A stretch of 63,771 nt of DNA, filler included, from 14 parts of 14 records of this genome joined end to end with filler, not necessarily neighbours in it, one strand, 5' to 3'. Numbered from the whole stretch's first letter, positions 19,970 through 33,395 are shown. The notes: generated by a model from the sequence alone, not told the origin. A program made the numbers and translations.

Positions 19970-22900
19970 CGTCCCGAACATGGTGAACGGTATTCAGACT
20001 CGCGTCTGTGGCACCTTCTTCGATACCTGTGGCCCACGGTGGCAAATTACTGACTCGCATCACCCAGACTGCAATATGTGGACTCTCACGGCGCATCCAG
20101 AAGGGTGGCTGGGTGCAACGGTCCGCATTGTGGCCGATGATGATGGACAGGTACAGATTGATGATTTTCGATGGCAAGAAGATGCGTTTGGCGTCGACAG
20201 TTTCCTCGGCTCTGCCGAGAACCCACTCAGCCTCGCCCAGCGCACTTTCGCTGAAAGTGGCGCAGCGGAGATCTGTCTTCATCCATCTGAATGTTACACC
20301 ATCACGGTGCAAGGGCCTGCGACGGCTAGGTGGACACTGCAAGATGCTGTTGGTGAGACTGTGGCGGAGGGTACTGGCCCGGACGTGCAGCAAGTGTGTC
20401 CATGTGGGCACAACGGCGCGCCACAATGTCTCACTTGCTCAGTGGTGGTTCCTAATGGGGGTACGCTGGGCAACTGTCCGACTGATGGTGAGCTAGCGCA
20501 TGGCGCGTCATGCACTGCACAATGTAGTGGCATCTCTGTGCTGCCAAGCACATGCTTGGACGGCGAGCTGTTCAGCCCTTCGAGTTGCTGCAGCTCCGGT
20601 GAATTCTGGGATAGTGGACAAAATGAGTGTCAAGCCTGCCCTTCAGGAAAGGTGGATTCGGACCGCGACCCATTGACACCGTGCGAGGCGTGTCCGCCAA
20701 GCACTTACAGCAGCACAGGGGCTGCGGAGTGTACCGTATGTACAGCAGGCCGGTCGGCAACTTTGCCAGGGATGCACGACTGCGTTTCTGGGTGGTTCGC
20801 AGCAGATGGTTCACAGCGGATTGAAGGGGTCGCTGATTCTCAGCCGAGCTTTCGAATCCCGGAGCTCTCATCAATAGATGCAGATGGTTATGAGGTGGGG
20901 CCATGTTATGCGTTTACTCTTAGTTACGAGCTGTACGAAGTCCGTGGAGTAACGGTTCCGTGTGGGAGCCTGAACATTACAAGCAGTCAGTTTCGGTCGT
21001 GTCTTCCTGTTGCTGTTGATATTGGTGGCATGGGAGATCACGATAAAGCAGATGTTGTCATCGAACACAGCACGTTCGAGCAGAATGAGAAGGCAATTTC
21101 GATAGCACTGGGATCAACACTTCGAGTCTTTGCTTCTCAATTCTCTTTCAACGGCAACTTTGATGATGCACTCAGGGTCACTCAGGGCGGTGCATTGCAC
21201 GTATTCGGCAGAGCATCGGTGACTATTGAGGCATGTCAGTTCAGCAACAATAAGGCAGCATCGGGTGGAGCCATATACATTGAAGGAGGTGGTTACTATG
21301 GCACAGCCTCTGTATCCATTCTCCACACGCAGTTCTTCAACAATGTTCAATCATGGTGGAATGATTTATCGGCAGGGGGGACGCACATCTGGGCGGCCAG
21401 TCGGCCCGAGAGGTTTTACCTTTACAACAGCAAGATGTTACCCTTCGATGATGGGGCTGTTGCGTTGAACGCACCGTCAGGGTGCGAGCAGTACCCGTGT
21501 GCGCAGGGAGAAGCGTGCTCTTATCGGCACTACTCGCTACTTTGCACTCCCTGTGCTACGGGAACCATCAGTAAGGACGGGTTAACGTGCACAGTGTGCC
21601 CTCCTGGCGAAGGCCCTAATCCAGAGCAGAATGATTGTGTGGAGTGCTTTGGCAACACCGTCTCCGCGTCTGGGTTTGAATGTGCAGAATGTGGCCAAGG
21701 GACAGTGGCGAACGACGATAATACCGCATGCATTGACTGTCCTCCTGGGACAGTGTCTGTCGGCAGGAACTGCGTTTGCGCAGATGGATTCTACAATAGC
21801 AGCCACGGCAAGAACATTCTCAAGTGCTTTTCTGATGGTGAGCCGTGGGTCTCACTGCCTCGTGACGGGTCCACAGACTGCATATCGTGTGCAGATTCTG
21901 GCTGTCCCTCGCAAGCGGTTGGCTGCACCGGGGGTGAAGCACGACTTCTCCCGGGATATGCGTTGAGTGAAACTGCAGCTGCACAAGCAGTCCCACTGAA
22001 TGATGTTGTTGGGCAACGAAACATCTTCGCCTGCGATACCGACGGATGTCTAGGCGAGCATAACGACAGCGCTCCAATTTGTAGTGCAGAGTACAGTGGT
22101 CCGCTCTGTGACTATTGCGCTGACGGGTACTCGCGCCCTGGCTTCGAAGGGGAGTGTACTAAGTGCGCAGACGGGACGAACAGCACCTGGCTAGTCATCG
22201 CTGGAGTTTTGGCAGTGCCGCTGTTAGTAGGCGCTCTGTGGGTGGTGTCGGCTGTTGACTCTGAAGCTGGAAAGGCTGCCGTCGTTGTCACGTGCGTAAA
22301 AATTGCTATCTCGCTGGTGCAGGTGCTCACGCAACTTGAGTTCGCGTTGGACTTAGTCTGGCCAGGGTCGTTTCGGTACGCGCTCACTTTCTTGCCATCT
22401 TTCTGCTCCGCGTGCTGGACTGCTGGAAGGACTGCGACAGTAGATAAGTACTGTGCTTGTGGTGCTGACAGGTGGTTTGTGAACCTCTTGAAGGCATTCA
22501 ACTTGGACCTGCTCGGATTTGTTGATGTTGGCTGTGTTTCCACGTTTACATTCACGAAGAAGTTCGTCTTTGCCGTGCTCCTCGCTCCTGTCTTGCTCAC
22601 AGCCGTGGGCATCGTGTTCCCGCTACGCAAGAACGTTGACGGAATTGTCAACCGATGTGTCAAGATGGCACTATCCATCTTGTTTCTGATCTACCCTTTC
22701 GTGTCGCAAACCGTCTTTCAGTGAGTGCAACCCTTTCTTCAGAGCGATGGATTGTGTTGTCGTGTTGAAGCCTGTCTAATGGACTTCACTCGGAATATGC
22801 ATGTTTGGGTCATAGGAGTTTTTCGTGCCGTCAGCTCGATGAAAATGAAGAATGGCTCGATGTCGACTTTCAAATCGACTGCAACAGTGACAGCTACAGC

Positions 22901-23704
22901 TCCTTTTATGGAATCGCAGTGGTCGGTGTGTGCGTATATCCTATTGGAGTTCCAACTGTGACGATGCTTTTGCTCATGAAGAATGGCGGCGATATAAAGA
23001 AAGGCGGCCCTGGGCGTGAACGTTATGAGTTCCTTGTAGCTGACTGTAAGTAACGTGTGTGCGACCGACCACGTCTGGATGTATACCGAGCTGGATGGTC
23101 TGACACCGACCTTGGTGGATGCAGATCAACCAAGCTATTATTTCTGGGACTGTCTCGAGATGCTCCGCAAGGCCACACTCACGGGGCTGTTGATATTTTT
23201 CAGGAAAGGATCGTTGTTTCAGCTTGTCGCTGCCATGACGTTCTGCCTCGGGTTCCTCTGTACCACCGCTTGGATGCAGCCATACGCGAGTCAGACAGCG
23301 AATCTCTTCAAGGTAGGATCGGAGGCCTCACTACTCGTCACTTTGATGTTGATAGTGCTACTCAAGATCGACCTAGAAAAGGAAGACATTCCCGGCGGCG
23401 AGAGCTTCGTGGGGAGTCTGTTGTTGCTGTCCAACACCGCGATTCCCGGCGGTTCGATCGTGCTGGGGATGATCTGTAAGCACAATCCTAGTCAGCATTG
23501 ATGCATCATGCTCGCCCTCACGCGTCACCGTTTCTAAGGATGCATGTGCCGCGACTGGTTGACACAGACTACGGTTTCGAGACCGTCTTGGACGATGACA
23601 CTGAGGAAAAGAAGGTCGAGGTGGAGTTTGATGACAATCTCGTGAGCGTGAACCCTAATGCCAAAGACGAGGGCGTTCGCGTTCAACAGGTCGACGATGC
23701 TTGA
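19970..23704 (+). CDS. Large receptor-like membrane protein, 5'-truncated: Cys-rich TNFR/ephrin-like repeats, Pmp-like GGA(L/I) beta-helix repeats, C-terminal multi-TM (TRP_C-like) domain; about 4 introns
   Basis: C..CP.G repeats; FSFNG..QGGALHV, FSNNKAASGGAIYI; GPLCDYCADGY; WLDVDFQIDC, YPIGVP, YYFWDCLEMLRK, WMQPY. Confidence 0.75.
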
Positions 23705-23782
23705 GCACGGACCCAGGGGGATAGATGTGGCTGTAAGACTTGGTATCTGATTGTACATCATCGCGTCTACCATCGCAATATA

Positions 23783-26068
23783 CTACAACAGGTCCCGTTT
23801 GACGAAAGCCATCAGAGTGTCTGGCCGCGCGTACGGTGCAAGACAGCTCCCATCGCACTGCTGCGGGTTGAGAAAGCACTTGTACTGACCCTTTTCAAGC
23901 TCGTGCAACACAACGCTGACACAGTACGACGTCGCACAGCAACGCTTGCGGCATGCCTCAACGTCTGCCTCTCCCAACCCGCTCGCTGGAAAGCTCGCCA
24001 CAGCGGGGCCACCACCACCGGTTTTGTTGCGGACCTCCCAGCCTGGACTCCCTGCCTGTCCAACACACGGTCCAAGCGGTACTGGAGGAGATGGCGGTGA
24101 AGGTGTGGCACTGACATTCCACGGGCCCAGAAAGTTGCCTCGGGCCGCAGCAGCAGCACAGCAACCGGCGTCATCAGCCGCTGGATTGAACTTCGGCGGG
24201 TGATATGAGGTTGTCAATTCCTCAAAGCGTGCAAGCATACTCTGGAGAACAGCTGGCTCTGCAACCGACATGTCATACCGTTCCGATTCGTCTGCTGTGA
24301 GGTTGAACAGACAGTGGTCGTCGCACGCACGGCCTCCGAACGCGTTGGAAGCTGTCCCGTTTGAGAAATTAGTCCACTCTCCACCATTGGGTCCTTTCAC
24401 AAGCTTCCACTCCCCCTTAATGATCGCGCCAACCGCGTAGTCAACACCGAAGTGGTTGCACCCGGTCCCTGCAGTAGAGAAGTTGGCTAAGCAGTGGTCC
24501 AGGACAATTTCGGTGCGTACTGGCTGAATATCAGGGCGGTTGCCTGTGATGAGATCCCATTGGTTGAGGCCATCATACGGGATGGTTGCCGAGACGCTGT
24601 CGGCGAGTGGAGTCCCATGTGCATCTACCTGAATGGCGGAGATAATCGTAGGCAGCCAGTCGGACACATGAATCAGCGTCGACAACTGCTGCCCACGTCG
24701 GCCTAGTGGCAGTGCCCCACCAGCAACTATAGCAGGCACTCTGCATCCACCTTCGAAGTTTGAATTTTTTCCTAATCAACAACGTACAGATCAGTCGAAC
24801 GGTGGATCCATCGGTAGAGCATATTTGGAAGGTTAGATATGCGCACCTCCTCTAAACGGGAAGTTCGATCCACCACCACCCAGTGGCGCCCCATTGTCGT
24901 GGGTGTAAATCAAGAGAGTATTCTGGTCCGACGACAATTGTCGCGCAGTGTAGTGGGTTGGAGTTGAGGAAAAACACAGTGAGAGAAGAGCAACAGACAG
25001 TGCACATTCAACGTCGAGCAACCGTAGAGCAACGCAAATCGCACCTGCCACGTCCCTGGTCGAGCCTTCAACGCGGCTGTCAGATTCCCTACTGCTTCGT
25101 CAACGACGGACACCATGCCATTGAAGACTTCCAGCTTCTTGTTGCCTGGGAATTTGTAGAGGTCTGAGTACTGCAAGGGTACCTCGAACGGCGCGTGAGT
25201 GTTTTGCAGCCAGTAATTCAGGAAGAACGGTTCCGGAGCTTCGTTGGCGACAGCTACCGCCTTGGCATTGTACATCCAGCCGGAGTAGGTGCCGTTGTCG
25301 CCGTGTGCAGGCCGCGCATCGGACGTCAAGTCGACCACGCTGCGACATTTGATCATGCTACCGAGCTCCTGAGTGAAGTGATCCTGCATCCCACCAAGGT
25401 ATCCGAAAAAGGTATCGAAGCCTCGGCCGGTCGGCATGTAAGACTCGTTGTGAAAGCCTAAACTGTGAACACACGAGGCATGACCGGCTGTGAGAATGTG
25501 TGACTCAGAGGCAAGCATCCAACATAATTCTACAGCGTGGGCTGGGGATGTCGAACGTACTGCCACTTGCCGACATGGTGAGTGGAGTAGCCCAGACGCC
25601 CGAGGCGGAGTGGAAGAGTGTCGAACCCAAGCTCCAGACCATCCGGTCGTGACCAGGGTATGAAGTTCGACCGGGTATTGCCCGTTCGGAACGGGTACCG
25701 GCCGCTGAGAAAAGAACCCCGTGTGGGACTGCAGAACTTGTACACGTAGTGCCGCGAGAGGTACAGACCTTCGTCGCGTAGTTCGTCCACACGTGGCCCC
25801 TTCACTAACGGGTTGTTCGACTGGATCCCTCCGTGACCAAGGTCATCCTGCGTGCAGGGCCAAGATAGGCATCGAACGGGCGAGGATGGTGAACAACTGT
25901 CTACAGCAGGTAGAATGACTTTTCGGTTCTGCACACCACGAGAATCATGACGATGTTGAACTTCTTGCTGCTTGCCGCAACTGCACTCAGCTCTCCCGTC
26001 ACCACTAGCAGCCCGAGAATCAGCAGCAGTGCCGATGGCAGTGGCCGCGTCAGCCTTCCGTGCTGCAT
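23783..26068 (-). CDS. Secreted S1 sulfatase (arylsulfatase B-like) with C-terminal PAN/apple module; several introns
   Basis: Signal peptide MQHGRL...ALLLILGLLVV, FNIVMILV|DDLG, formylglycine motif CSPTRGSFLSGRYP, GYSTHHVGKW, PTGRGFDTFFGY, DNG..GGSNFPFRG|KNSNFEGG, HVSDWLPT, CRKRCCATSYCVSV. Confidence 0.9.
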
Positions 26069-26883
26069 CCAGGATCGATATCCTCGCAGCGGCTAGCAGC
26101 TGTCCAGCGCAGCGCGCAGCGGCCAGCATCGCGCGCGTGCAGCTCATGCTGCAGCTGGCTAGCCAGCAGCTATGGCAACCACAATGTGATTCCTGGGTCG
26201 GCGNNNNNNNNNNNNNNNNNNNNNNNNNNNNNNNNNNNNNNNNNNNNTTAATTAATTAANNNNNNNNNNNNNNNNNNNNNNNNNNNNNNNNNNNNNNNNN
26301 NNNGAAGTCTCAGATTATGGGGAACGCACAGTAGTACCGAGTACTAGTACAATCCATTCAGTCGCTGACCGCGGGGTGACTGAAGATTTTCGAAGCACTC
26401 GATCACCGACGGTCAGCATTTTAGTACATTACGGAATTGGGATACTGTACTCGTAGCCGTCTGTAACCAAAACAGTGTGATTGTCCGACTGTCAGAATTG
26501 TCACCCGGTTTGGATTTTTGCCACATCACTGAAGGCGATTGAGTGAGGTCATCATCGGCACGTTCGTGATTCGACACATCCCGGTGCGTACGGTACTATG
26601 TTATACGTGTATTATATATACTGAACTGCAATGTATTGCCATTCTGGCGTTCGATTCGGCTGCCAGTGCCGGCGGCTCTTCGCATTCGCCCAGCCACGCG
26701 GGCGCGCCGGCGCGCGGCCGGCCGCCGCTAGCGCGGCCGCCGCACGCGACGCGATGCATTCTCACAAGCACATCGATCCGGCGGCATAACGCGAGTCGTG
26801 GGAGTCATCGCGCCACCAGACGCACTGACAGGCTGGACGTGGGCGTACATTGCGACTCTACGTGCTCGGCTGGAGGAGCTAGG

Positions 26884-29800
26884 ATGTCAACAGAGGGCGG
26901 CAGTGATTCTACTGTGAAGTTCCTTGTGCTAAAGTTCGGCGGCACTTCCGTCAGCACTGCAGAGAACTGGAAGCGCATCGCCGCGATCATCAAATCGCGC
27001 GTCGCCGCCGGAGGGGACAACCTCAAAATCGTGGTGGTCCATTCTGCGCTGAGCGGCGTGACAGACAAGTTACAACTCTGCCTTGAACAAGTCCTCGAGC
27101 GACGGCGGTCAAGTGACACTGGAAATGGCCCGCACGACGCACAGCAGCCGGCTGGAACACACAAGCGCACGCTGGCGGCCATCATGGCACAACACCTGGA
27201 GCTGTCCAAGGCCCTGGGCATGCCGGAAGCCGAAGCACAAGTCATGTTGGCTCCTTACCACCAGGAGCTGCAGCGCATACTTGAGGGCGCAAGCCTCATT
27301 GGAGAAGTCTCGAGTCGCACCAAGGCTCGTGTCGTCGCAATGGGCGAGCTGCTCTCCACGACGATCGGAGCGGCTGCACTCAGCACAATGCTGCCCGACG
27401 GTATGTCTTGTTGGCTTGAGGCGCGGGAACTTTTGCGATGTGCCAAGGTCTCAACGAGCGTACGACTGCCGGAGGAGCAAACGTACTTGAGTGCCGCTTG
27501 CGACTATGATCCTGATACCGAGCTGCAGATACGGCTTGCGACCGATTCGTCTAGGGTGTTTGTGACGCAAGGCTTCATCGCATCCAATCAAGATGGGGAC
27601 ACCGTGCTGCTCGGGCGTGGCGGCTCTGACACGTCTGCAGCCTACTTCGCAGCAAAGCTCGAGGCATCGTACCTGGAAATCTGGACAGACGTCCCCGGGA
27701 TGTTTACTGCCAACCCTCGGCTCATCCCGGAGGCCAAGCTGCTGTGCACTCTCTCATTCTCAGAAGCGCAGGAGCTCGCGTCGACTGGTGCAAAAATTCT
27801 TCATCCACGCTGTATCGGTCCAGCTGTGAGTGTTCTTCCTTGCACTTTCGTTCCATACAGGTATACCATAAACTGATCAATCGTGTGGATATGGTAATGC
27901 TCAACGTGTTCTGCGTCAGGCTAAACACAACATCCCCATCAAAATTTGCGACACGTTTCGGCCACATCTACAAGGTACTGTGATCACGGCAACCTCAAGA
28001 GATAGTGGCGTCGTCAAAGCAATCTCTGTGCGGCATGGAATAACAATTGTCAATCTGGAGTCACTTGGCATGTGGCAGCAGGCTGGTTTCCTGGCAGATG
28101 CTTTCCGTGCGTTCAAGGCTCAGTCTATCTCTGTTGACTTAGTCGCGACGTCCGAGTCGACAGTAACGGCCTCTATAGACCCGGAGACGATTACCGAGGT
28201 GTGTACATCCTCACGTGCACGCTCTTGCACATCAAGAGAACATTGCAGACATATACCACGAGCGTGCGAGCAAACGCAGCGATGAAATTGTTGAATGCTT
28301 ACTCTGACTTGAAGGTTGCCTACACCATATTTGCAGGGTGCTTTAGACCGCGTCTCTAGCGACCTTGCCGACATGTGCTCAGTGAGCTTCACACACAACT
28401 GTGCATCGATATCTTTGGTTGGGCAGCAGATTCGAGCCACACTCCCATCTCTGGCCCCTGCTCTCTTGGCTTTCCGACGACACAAGGTCCACATGCTGAC
28501 ACAAGCCGCAAATGACCTAAACCTCACATTTGTGGTGGATAATGCGGTGGCTGACGATATTGCTATCGAGTTGCACCATAACTTGATCGAGCAACCGCCA
28601 GCAGAGGTTACGACCATGTGTACTTACGGAATGACTTGGAGTAATCTCAGCTCACCGAACTCATCCCCGCCCAACACCCCAAGGCAAAGCAGCTCCGAGG
28701 ACGTTCACACCGGAGACGTTGAGGATCAAGCGACACAAGATCCTTCTGCTTCTGCAGACACTGTAATGCGTGTAGGGTTTGTAGGGTGGAGAGGAATGGT
28801 TGGCAGCGTTCTACTGGAACGGATGGCAGAAGAGGGCGACTTTGACGGCACCTTCGAGCCGGTGTTCTTCACCACATCTCAGGTGGGCCAGCCAGGTCCA
28901 GTGGTTGGCACAGGTGGGCGGCACAAATCGTGCCCGTTGGTCGACGCAACTGACCTGGAAGCGTTGTCCGGCTGTGCAACGATCGTCAGCTGCCAGGGAG
29001 GCAGCTACACGGAATCCGTTCATCCAAAGTTACGCTCTACTGGCTGGAACGGCTACTGGATTGATGCTGCCTCGACATTGCGAACCCACGACAATGCCGT
29101 AATCGTGCTGGATCCGGTGAACGGACGCGTGATCGACGATGCGCTGGCAGGGGGAAAGATTCGCGATTTTGTTGGTGGAAATTGCACAGTCTCTCTGATG
29201 CTAATGGCACTGGGAGGCCTATTTGAGGCTGGCATCGTCGAGTGGGTCTCATCCATGACGTACCAATCCGCATCTGGAGCTGGAGCAAGACACATGAAGG
29301 AGCTACTGGAGCAAATGCGCCACCTCGGCAAGTTTGTCGATACTGCTGAGGAGCAGAACTGGTCAGCCCTTGAGCTAGAGCATGCTGTGCATGCCTGCAT
29401 GCGTACTACAGGGGAGGATGGAGACAGTGCTGGCGAGATCCCTTTCCCTGCCACAAATTTTGGGGCGCCGCTTGCGTGTTCGCTGCTCCCGTTCATCGAT
29501 AAACCGATGGAAGATGGGACGGGGCGATCCAAGGAAGAGTGGAAGGGAATGTTCGAGACAAACAAGATTCTCGGCCGAGGCTTAGCAGGAGCAGACGGTG
29601 ATGCTTCACAGCCGCAAATCCCAGTGGATGGTGCATGTGTCCGAGTTGGCGCGCTCCGTTGCCACTCCCAAGTAAGAATGCCCTACCCCCTTCGCCCGGC
29701 GACCCAGCCTCCCCCAGCGTCACCATATGGATGCAAGTGTCACCATACACATGCAATCGAATTCTGGTGACTTTTCTTTGAAAGCATATCAAGTACAGCA

Positions 29801-30139
29801 CATACTTATTGTGTTTGCACTTTCACTGCCGGCTTGCTTTGCCCGCAGGCGATCACTCTGAAGCTCAAGTCGCCTGTCACCCTGGATGAGGTCGAGCGAC
29901 TGATCCGCAACCACAACGAATGGGTTGACTTTGTTCCGAACACAAAGGAGGACACGCTGCAGCGCCTCACACCGTGCGCAGTTGCAGGAGGGCTGACGGT
30001 CGCGGTTGGGCGAGTCCGGCGGATGGCAATTGGGGATGAGTACCTCACGGTGTTTACAGTTGGTGACCAGCTGCTTTGGGGAGCTGCAGAACCGGTGCGC
30101 CGAGCACTTCGGATTGTGCTGGGCCACGCACGCAAGTGA
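26884..30139 (+). CDS. Bifunctional aspartokinase (with ACT domains) :: aspartate-semialdehyde dehydrogenase fusion, 948 aa; introns 27826..27919, 28199..28336, 29672..29848
   Basis: AK motifs: [55 protein letters not shown]. Asd motifs from 28766: [68 protein letters not shown]. The junction lies inside one stop-free exon. Confidence 0.93.
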
Positions 30140-30502
30140 CAGTGACATGACAGAACCTCAGCGGCAACGCTGATGACAAAGAGTGGAACCTGAGATCTCG
30201 TGCTAGGACATTCAACACACTGTTCGGTGAAAATGTACTACAGCGTTCACGTAAGCGCCAACTGAGCAAAGGCGACCGGTGATGCTAGGCACTCTTCGCC
30301 ATCGTTAGCACGAGTACCTGAGGTAGCGTTTCTGATGGTTTGTGCCTTGTCCCTATCTAACCGTGTGAACTAATGCATACATTCTTTGGGTTTATGATAG
30401 AGGGCACACTGTTTCATTGAGCATCTTGCGCGAGCTCTTGCAAAGACAACGCAAATTGAATAGTCCCAGACTCTAAACAATGCAGGAGCCATAATTTTAT
30501 CA

Positions 30503-32550
30503 CTAGCGACCGTGTGCGACCCTGGTGTTTGCGCCAGTCGCGAACACCTCAACCAGCACCGCATCGTGCGGCTGCAGTGTCGACTCCAAAGCTAGTGTAC
30601 TAGAAGAAATGGGGTTAGCGTCCCGCCAAAGTGCCCGAGACTCAGCTGGAGGACCTTTCAGCCCGAGAGCTGACCATGGGGCTTTGACTACCGTCGCAGA
30701 GTCTCCTAGATTGAACATCGCCACGATCCTCGCATCTGCACGTTTCGAGCTTTGTGCAGCCCACACCACGCTCTCATTGGTGGATACTGATGCTAATAGG
30801 TGGTTGCGGCAGGTAGTCTCTTGTACTTCTAGTGCAGCTTGATCAGAGAGTAGTTCGAGCGTGCTGGCGTTTGAGCGAGTCGGATCGCCCCCCCAGATCA
30901 ACGGAGCCCTTGATATGATCCACATTGTCATCATCGCCCGTTGTTCTTGCACAGTAAGAGTTGAATATCGTGGACCAGTGCCAACGTGTGCAATCCATCC
31001 CATCGGCAACATGTCCTACGCAGCAGCGCCCACATATTTTCAGGGCAATTGCGTTTGGCCGAAGGGAGCCCCGAATTGCAATTCTACTATTCAAAAAAGC
31101 GCCGATGACAACGGGAACAGACACGGTGGGCTCAGATGGATCCCATTGTCCAGTCTGAACTTGGGGCAGCAGACACGTCGCACCAGGTCCGGGGAGAAGA
31201 GCCGCGTACTGTACTGCTCAAGCTCAGCTGCATACGCAAAGTGAGCCTTCAGCTGACCCCACACGTCCCAAAAATCACCAGTCAGCCTTGCCATGATTGG
31301 TTGGCCCAGGCTGCTGGCCATGTCCCGGGCCGCCGCTGCCAGTGTTGCATTCGGTTGTGATGAGCCGGGAGAAAGTGAGATCACTATCGGACGATGCCGC
31401 TTCTGCAACGCTTCGATTAGTCGTCTTACGAAGGTCTCTCCTCGGAACCAATCCTGCATTGAGCGGTGCACCCAGTTAGATGAGGACGGTCCATGCGTTT
31501 CAAAACTGGTTCGATTGGTCATGCCAGAACTTCTGTTTGGTCCATTGGCAGATCGCACCTGACCGAAAACGCAGTCAACTTTCAAAAAGTCAAGCTTCCA
31601 CTCGGTTGCATACAGATCGGCCAGAGAATCGATATACTCCTGTGCGCCTGGGTGGCTCATATTTATCCCGTGTACCTGCCACAAACAAGTCCACCAGAAA
31701 CTATAAGGGGCTATTTGCTGCATAGGGTAGGCACATGCATAGTCGACAGTGAGCCTACGAGCCAAGGGTTCCACGGGCAGTCCATTGAGCCGGTTGCTTT
31801 CCCTTTGTGTGGTGGCTGGCTCGGATCATCCCCAACGATGGCAATGTCCGCAGCCGTGAAGTTTGAGCCCTTGATTTTGCTCTTGGCTTCCACAGCCATT
31901 CGTGGCACACCACCCATGATCCAGATCCCAAACTTCAGGCCGTGCGCGTGAATCTTTGCGCCCAAAGGCGCAAACCCAACGCCGCCGGCACTCGATGGAA
32001 ATTGCGTGACATTTGGCGTGAGACGACCGAAGTCGTCGATGGTCTGCGTGCCGTACCTTAGTGCAAACCACAACCAGTTCAAACAGCACACTACCACCAC
32101 CACCCCGATTCCCCAACAAATACACTACGCAGAAATCGCATCGACAATTACTGCTGTGTTTGGTCTGCTGCTACTGCTGGGATGCACATACTTGTTGTCT
32201 TCACCGAACCATCCACTGTCCAGAGTGAATGTGTCGTAACCGCGAGGCAGCAGCGTGGAGGCCAGCTGGGCGGCGTCGCGCAGCGCAACAGCTTCTGTTG
32301 AGGCCTCCGTGCTTCCGTCGGGACCGGTCCACGGAGGCGACGAGTCATAGCTGTTCCATCCACGTGGGGGTGCACGGAGCTCTGACGGTGTGCACAGCGT
32401 GCCGAAGCCTGTGGGTTGCGCCGCGCCGGCTGACGCTGTCAGCAGCTGATTTCCGCGCATTAAGCCCGCCAGCAGCAGTAGAGACATGGGACTGTTGCGC
32501 CGCAGATGCCTTGCCCGGTACAATGCCGGTGTGGTGCCACTAGCAGCCAT
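30503..32550 (-). CDS. Alpha-galactosidase (GH27), secreted, multi-exon (start at 32550 or 32487)
   Basis: PPRGWNSYDS, FTLDSGW, DDFGRLTPN..FPSS, IHAHGLKFGIWIM, DFLKVDC, IVISLSPG, RLTGDFWD, PDL|DMLPMG, MTMWIISRAPLIWGGD, VAMFNL. Confidence 0.88.
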
Positions 32551-32624
32551 CGTGTCGCACTGACAGACCGCGTCCGGTCGCACTCGCTGCCAGCTTGACG
32601 CGGCCGCCGCTAGCGCGTCGTCGG

Positions 32625-32654
32625 GCGCGCGCGCGCGCAAGCGCGCGCGCGCGC
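32625..32654. promoter_or_regulatory. (GC)n tract in the divergent promoter between GH27 and SLC35A
   Basis: gcgcgcgcgcgcgc-aa-gcgcgcgcgcgcgc between head-to-head ATGs (32550/32487 and 32692); similar tracts precede many other genes. Confidence 0.5.
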
Positions 32655-32691
32655 GTCGCCGCGCCGGGTCGAGTGCCTCCACGATCTAGCG

Positions 32692-33295
32692 ATGGGCGCT
32701 GGGGCAGAGCGGCTGCCTGCAGCGCAGCGGACGATGTTGGTGTGTGCAGCTGCGGTCTGTATCGCGAGCAGCGGTCTGCTGGTGAAGGCGTCACAGGTGG
32801 GCGGTATGACACCGTACAGCAAGTTCTCAGTCACTGTAGTTACTCCGCTGAATGTCCTCTTGCTTGGGCAGTGATCAGTTCTGCATATTCGTTACTGTTT
32901 GAACTGCTGCTCAAGTTTTTTTTTGTTTTCGTCGGAGCAGGTACTCGCAGAATCACTCAAGCTCAGTATCGCTGGCACTCTGTGGTTGCGGGAGATTCGC
33001 AAACAGCGCCACTCCGGCACGCCTGCTTCGCCATCGCTCGAGGCGCGCGACGCTGCAACGTTCACAGTGCCTGCTGTTCTCTACGTTATCGTGAACAACA
33101 TCCGCTATCCGATCCTCGAGCGCATCAATCCGGCTGTCTATTCTGTGGTGTGGAATCTCAAAGTCATCGGTGTAGCGGGACTGTTGTCGTGCGTGCTCGG
33201 ACGGCCAATCTCGCGACGACAATGGTGTGGAGTGCTCCTGCTGATGTTCGGTTCGTCTCTTGCGGAAGTCTCTCAGTGGAATGCAGCCGCAGAGC
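32692..33295 (+). CDS. Nucleotide-sugar transporter (SLC35A, UDP-Gal/CMP-Sia family), 3'-truncated
   Basis: SVT|VLAESLKLSI, FTVPAVLYVIVNNI, PAVYSVVWNLKVIGVAGL...LGRPISRRQWCGVLLL. Confidence 0.85.
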
Positions 33296-33395
33296 NNNNN
33301 NNNNNNNNNNNNNNNNNNNNNNNNNNNNNNNNNNNNNNNTTAATTAATTAANNNNNNNNNNNNNNNNNNNNNNNNNNNNNNNNNNNNNNNNNNNN

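Noticed and set aside
26884-30139. Bacterial contamination as the source of AK-Asd, or a lysC-asd operon
   Set aside because: There are three canonical spliceosomal introns, no stop between the halves, and intron-containing eukaryotic neighbours on the same contig.
16863-33295. Apparent polysaccharide-utilisation gene cluster (GH78, propeller GH, sulfatase, GH27, sugar transporter)
   Set aside because: The genes lie on three contigs joined by linkers, so adjacency across linkers carries no information.
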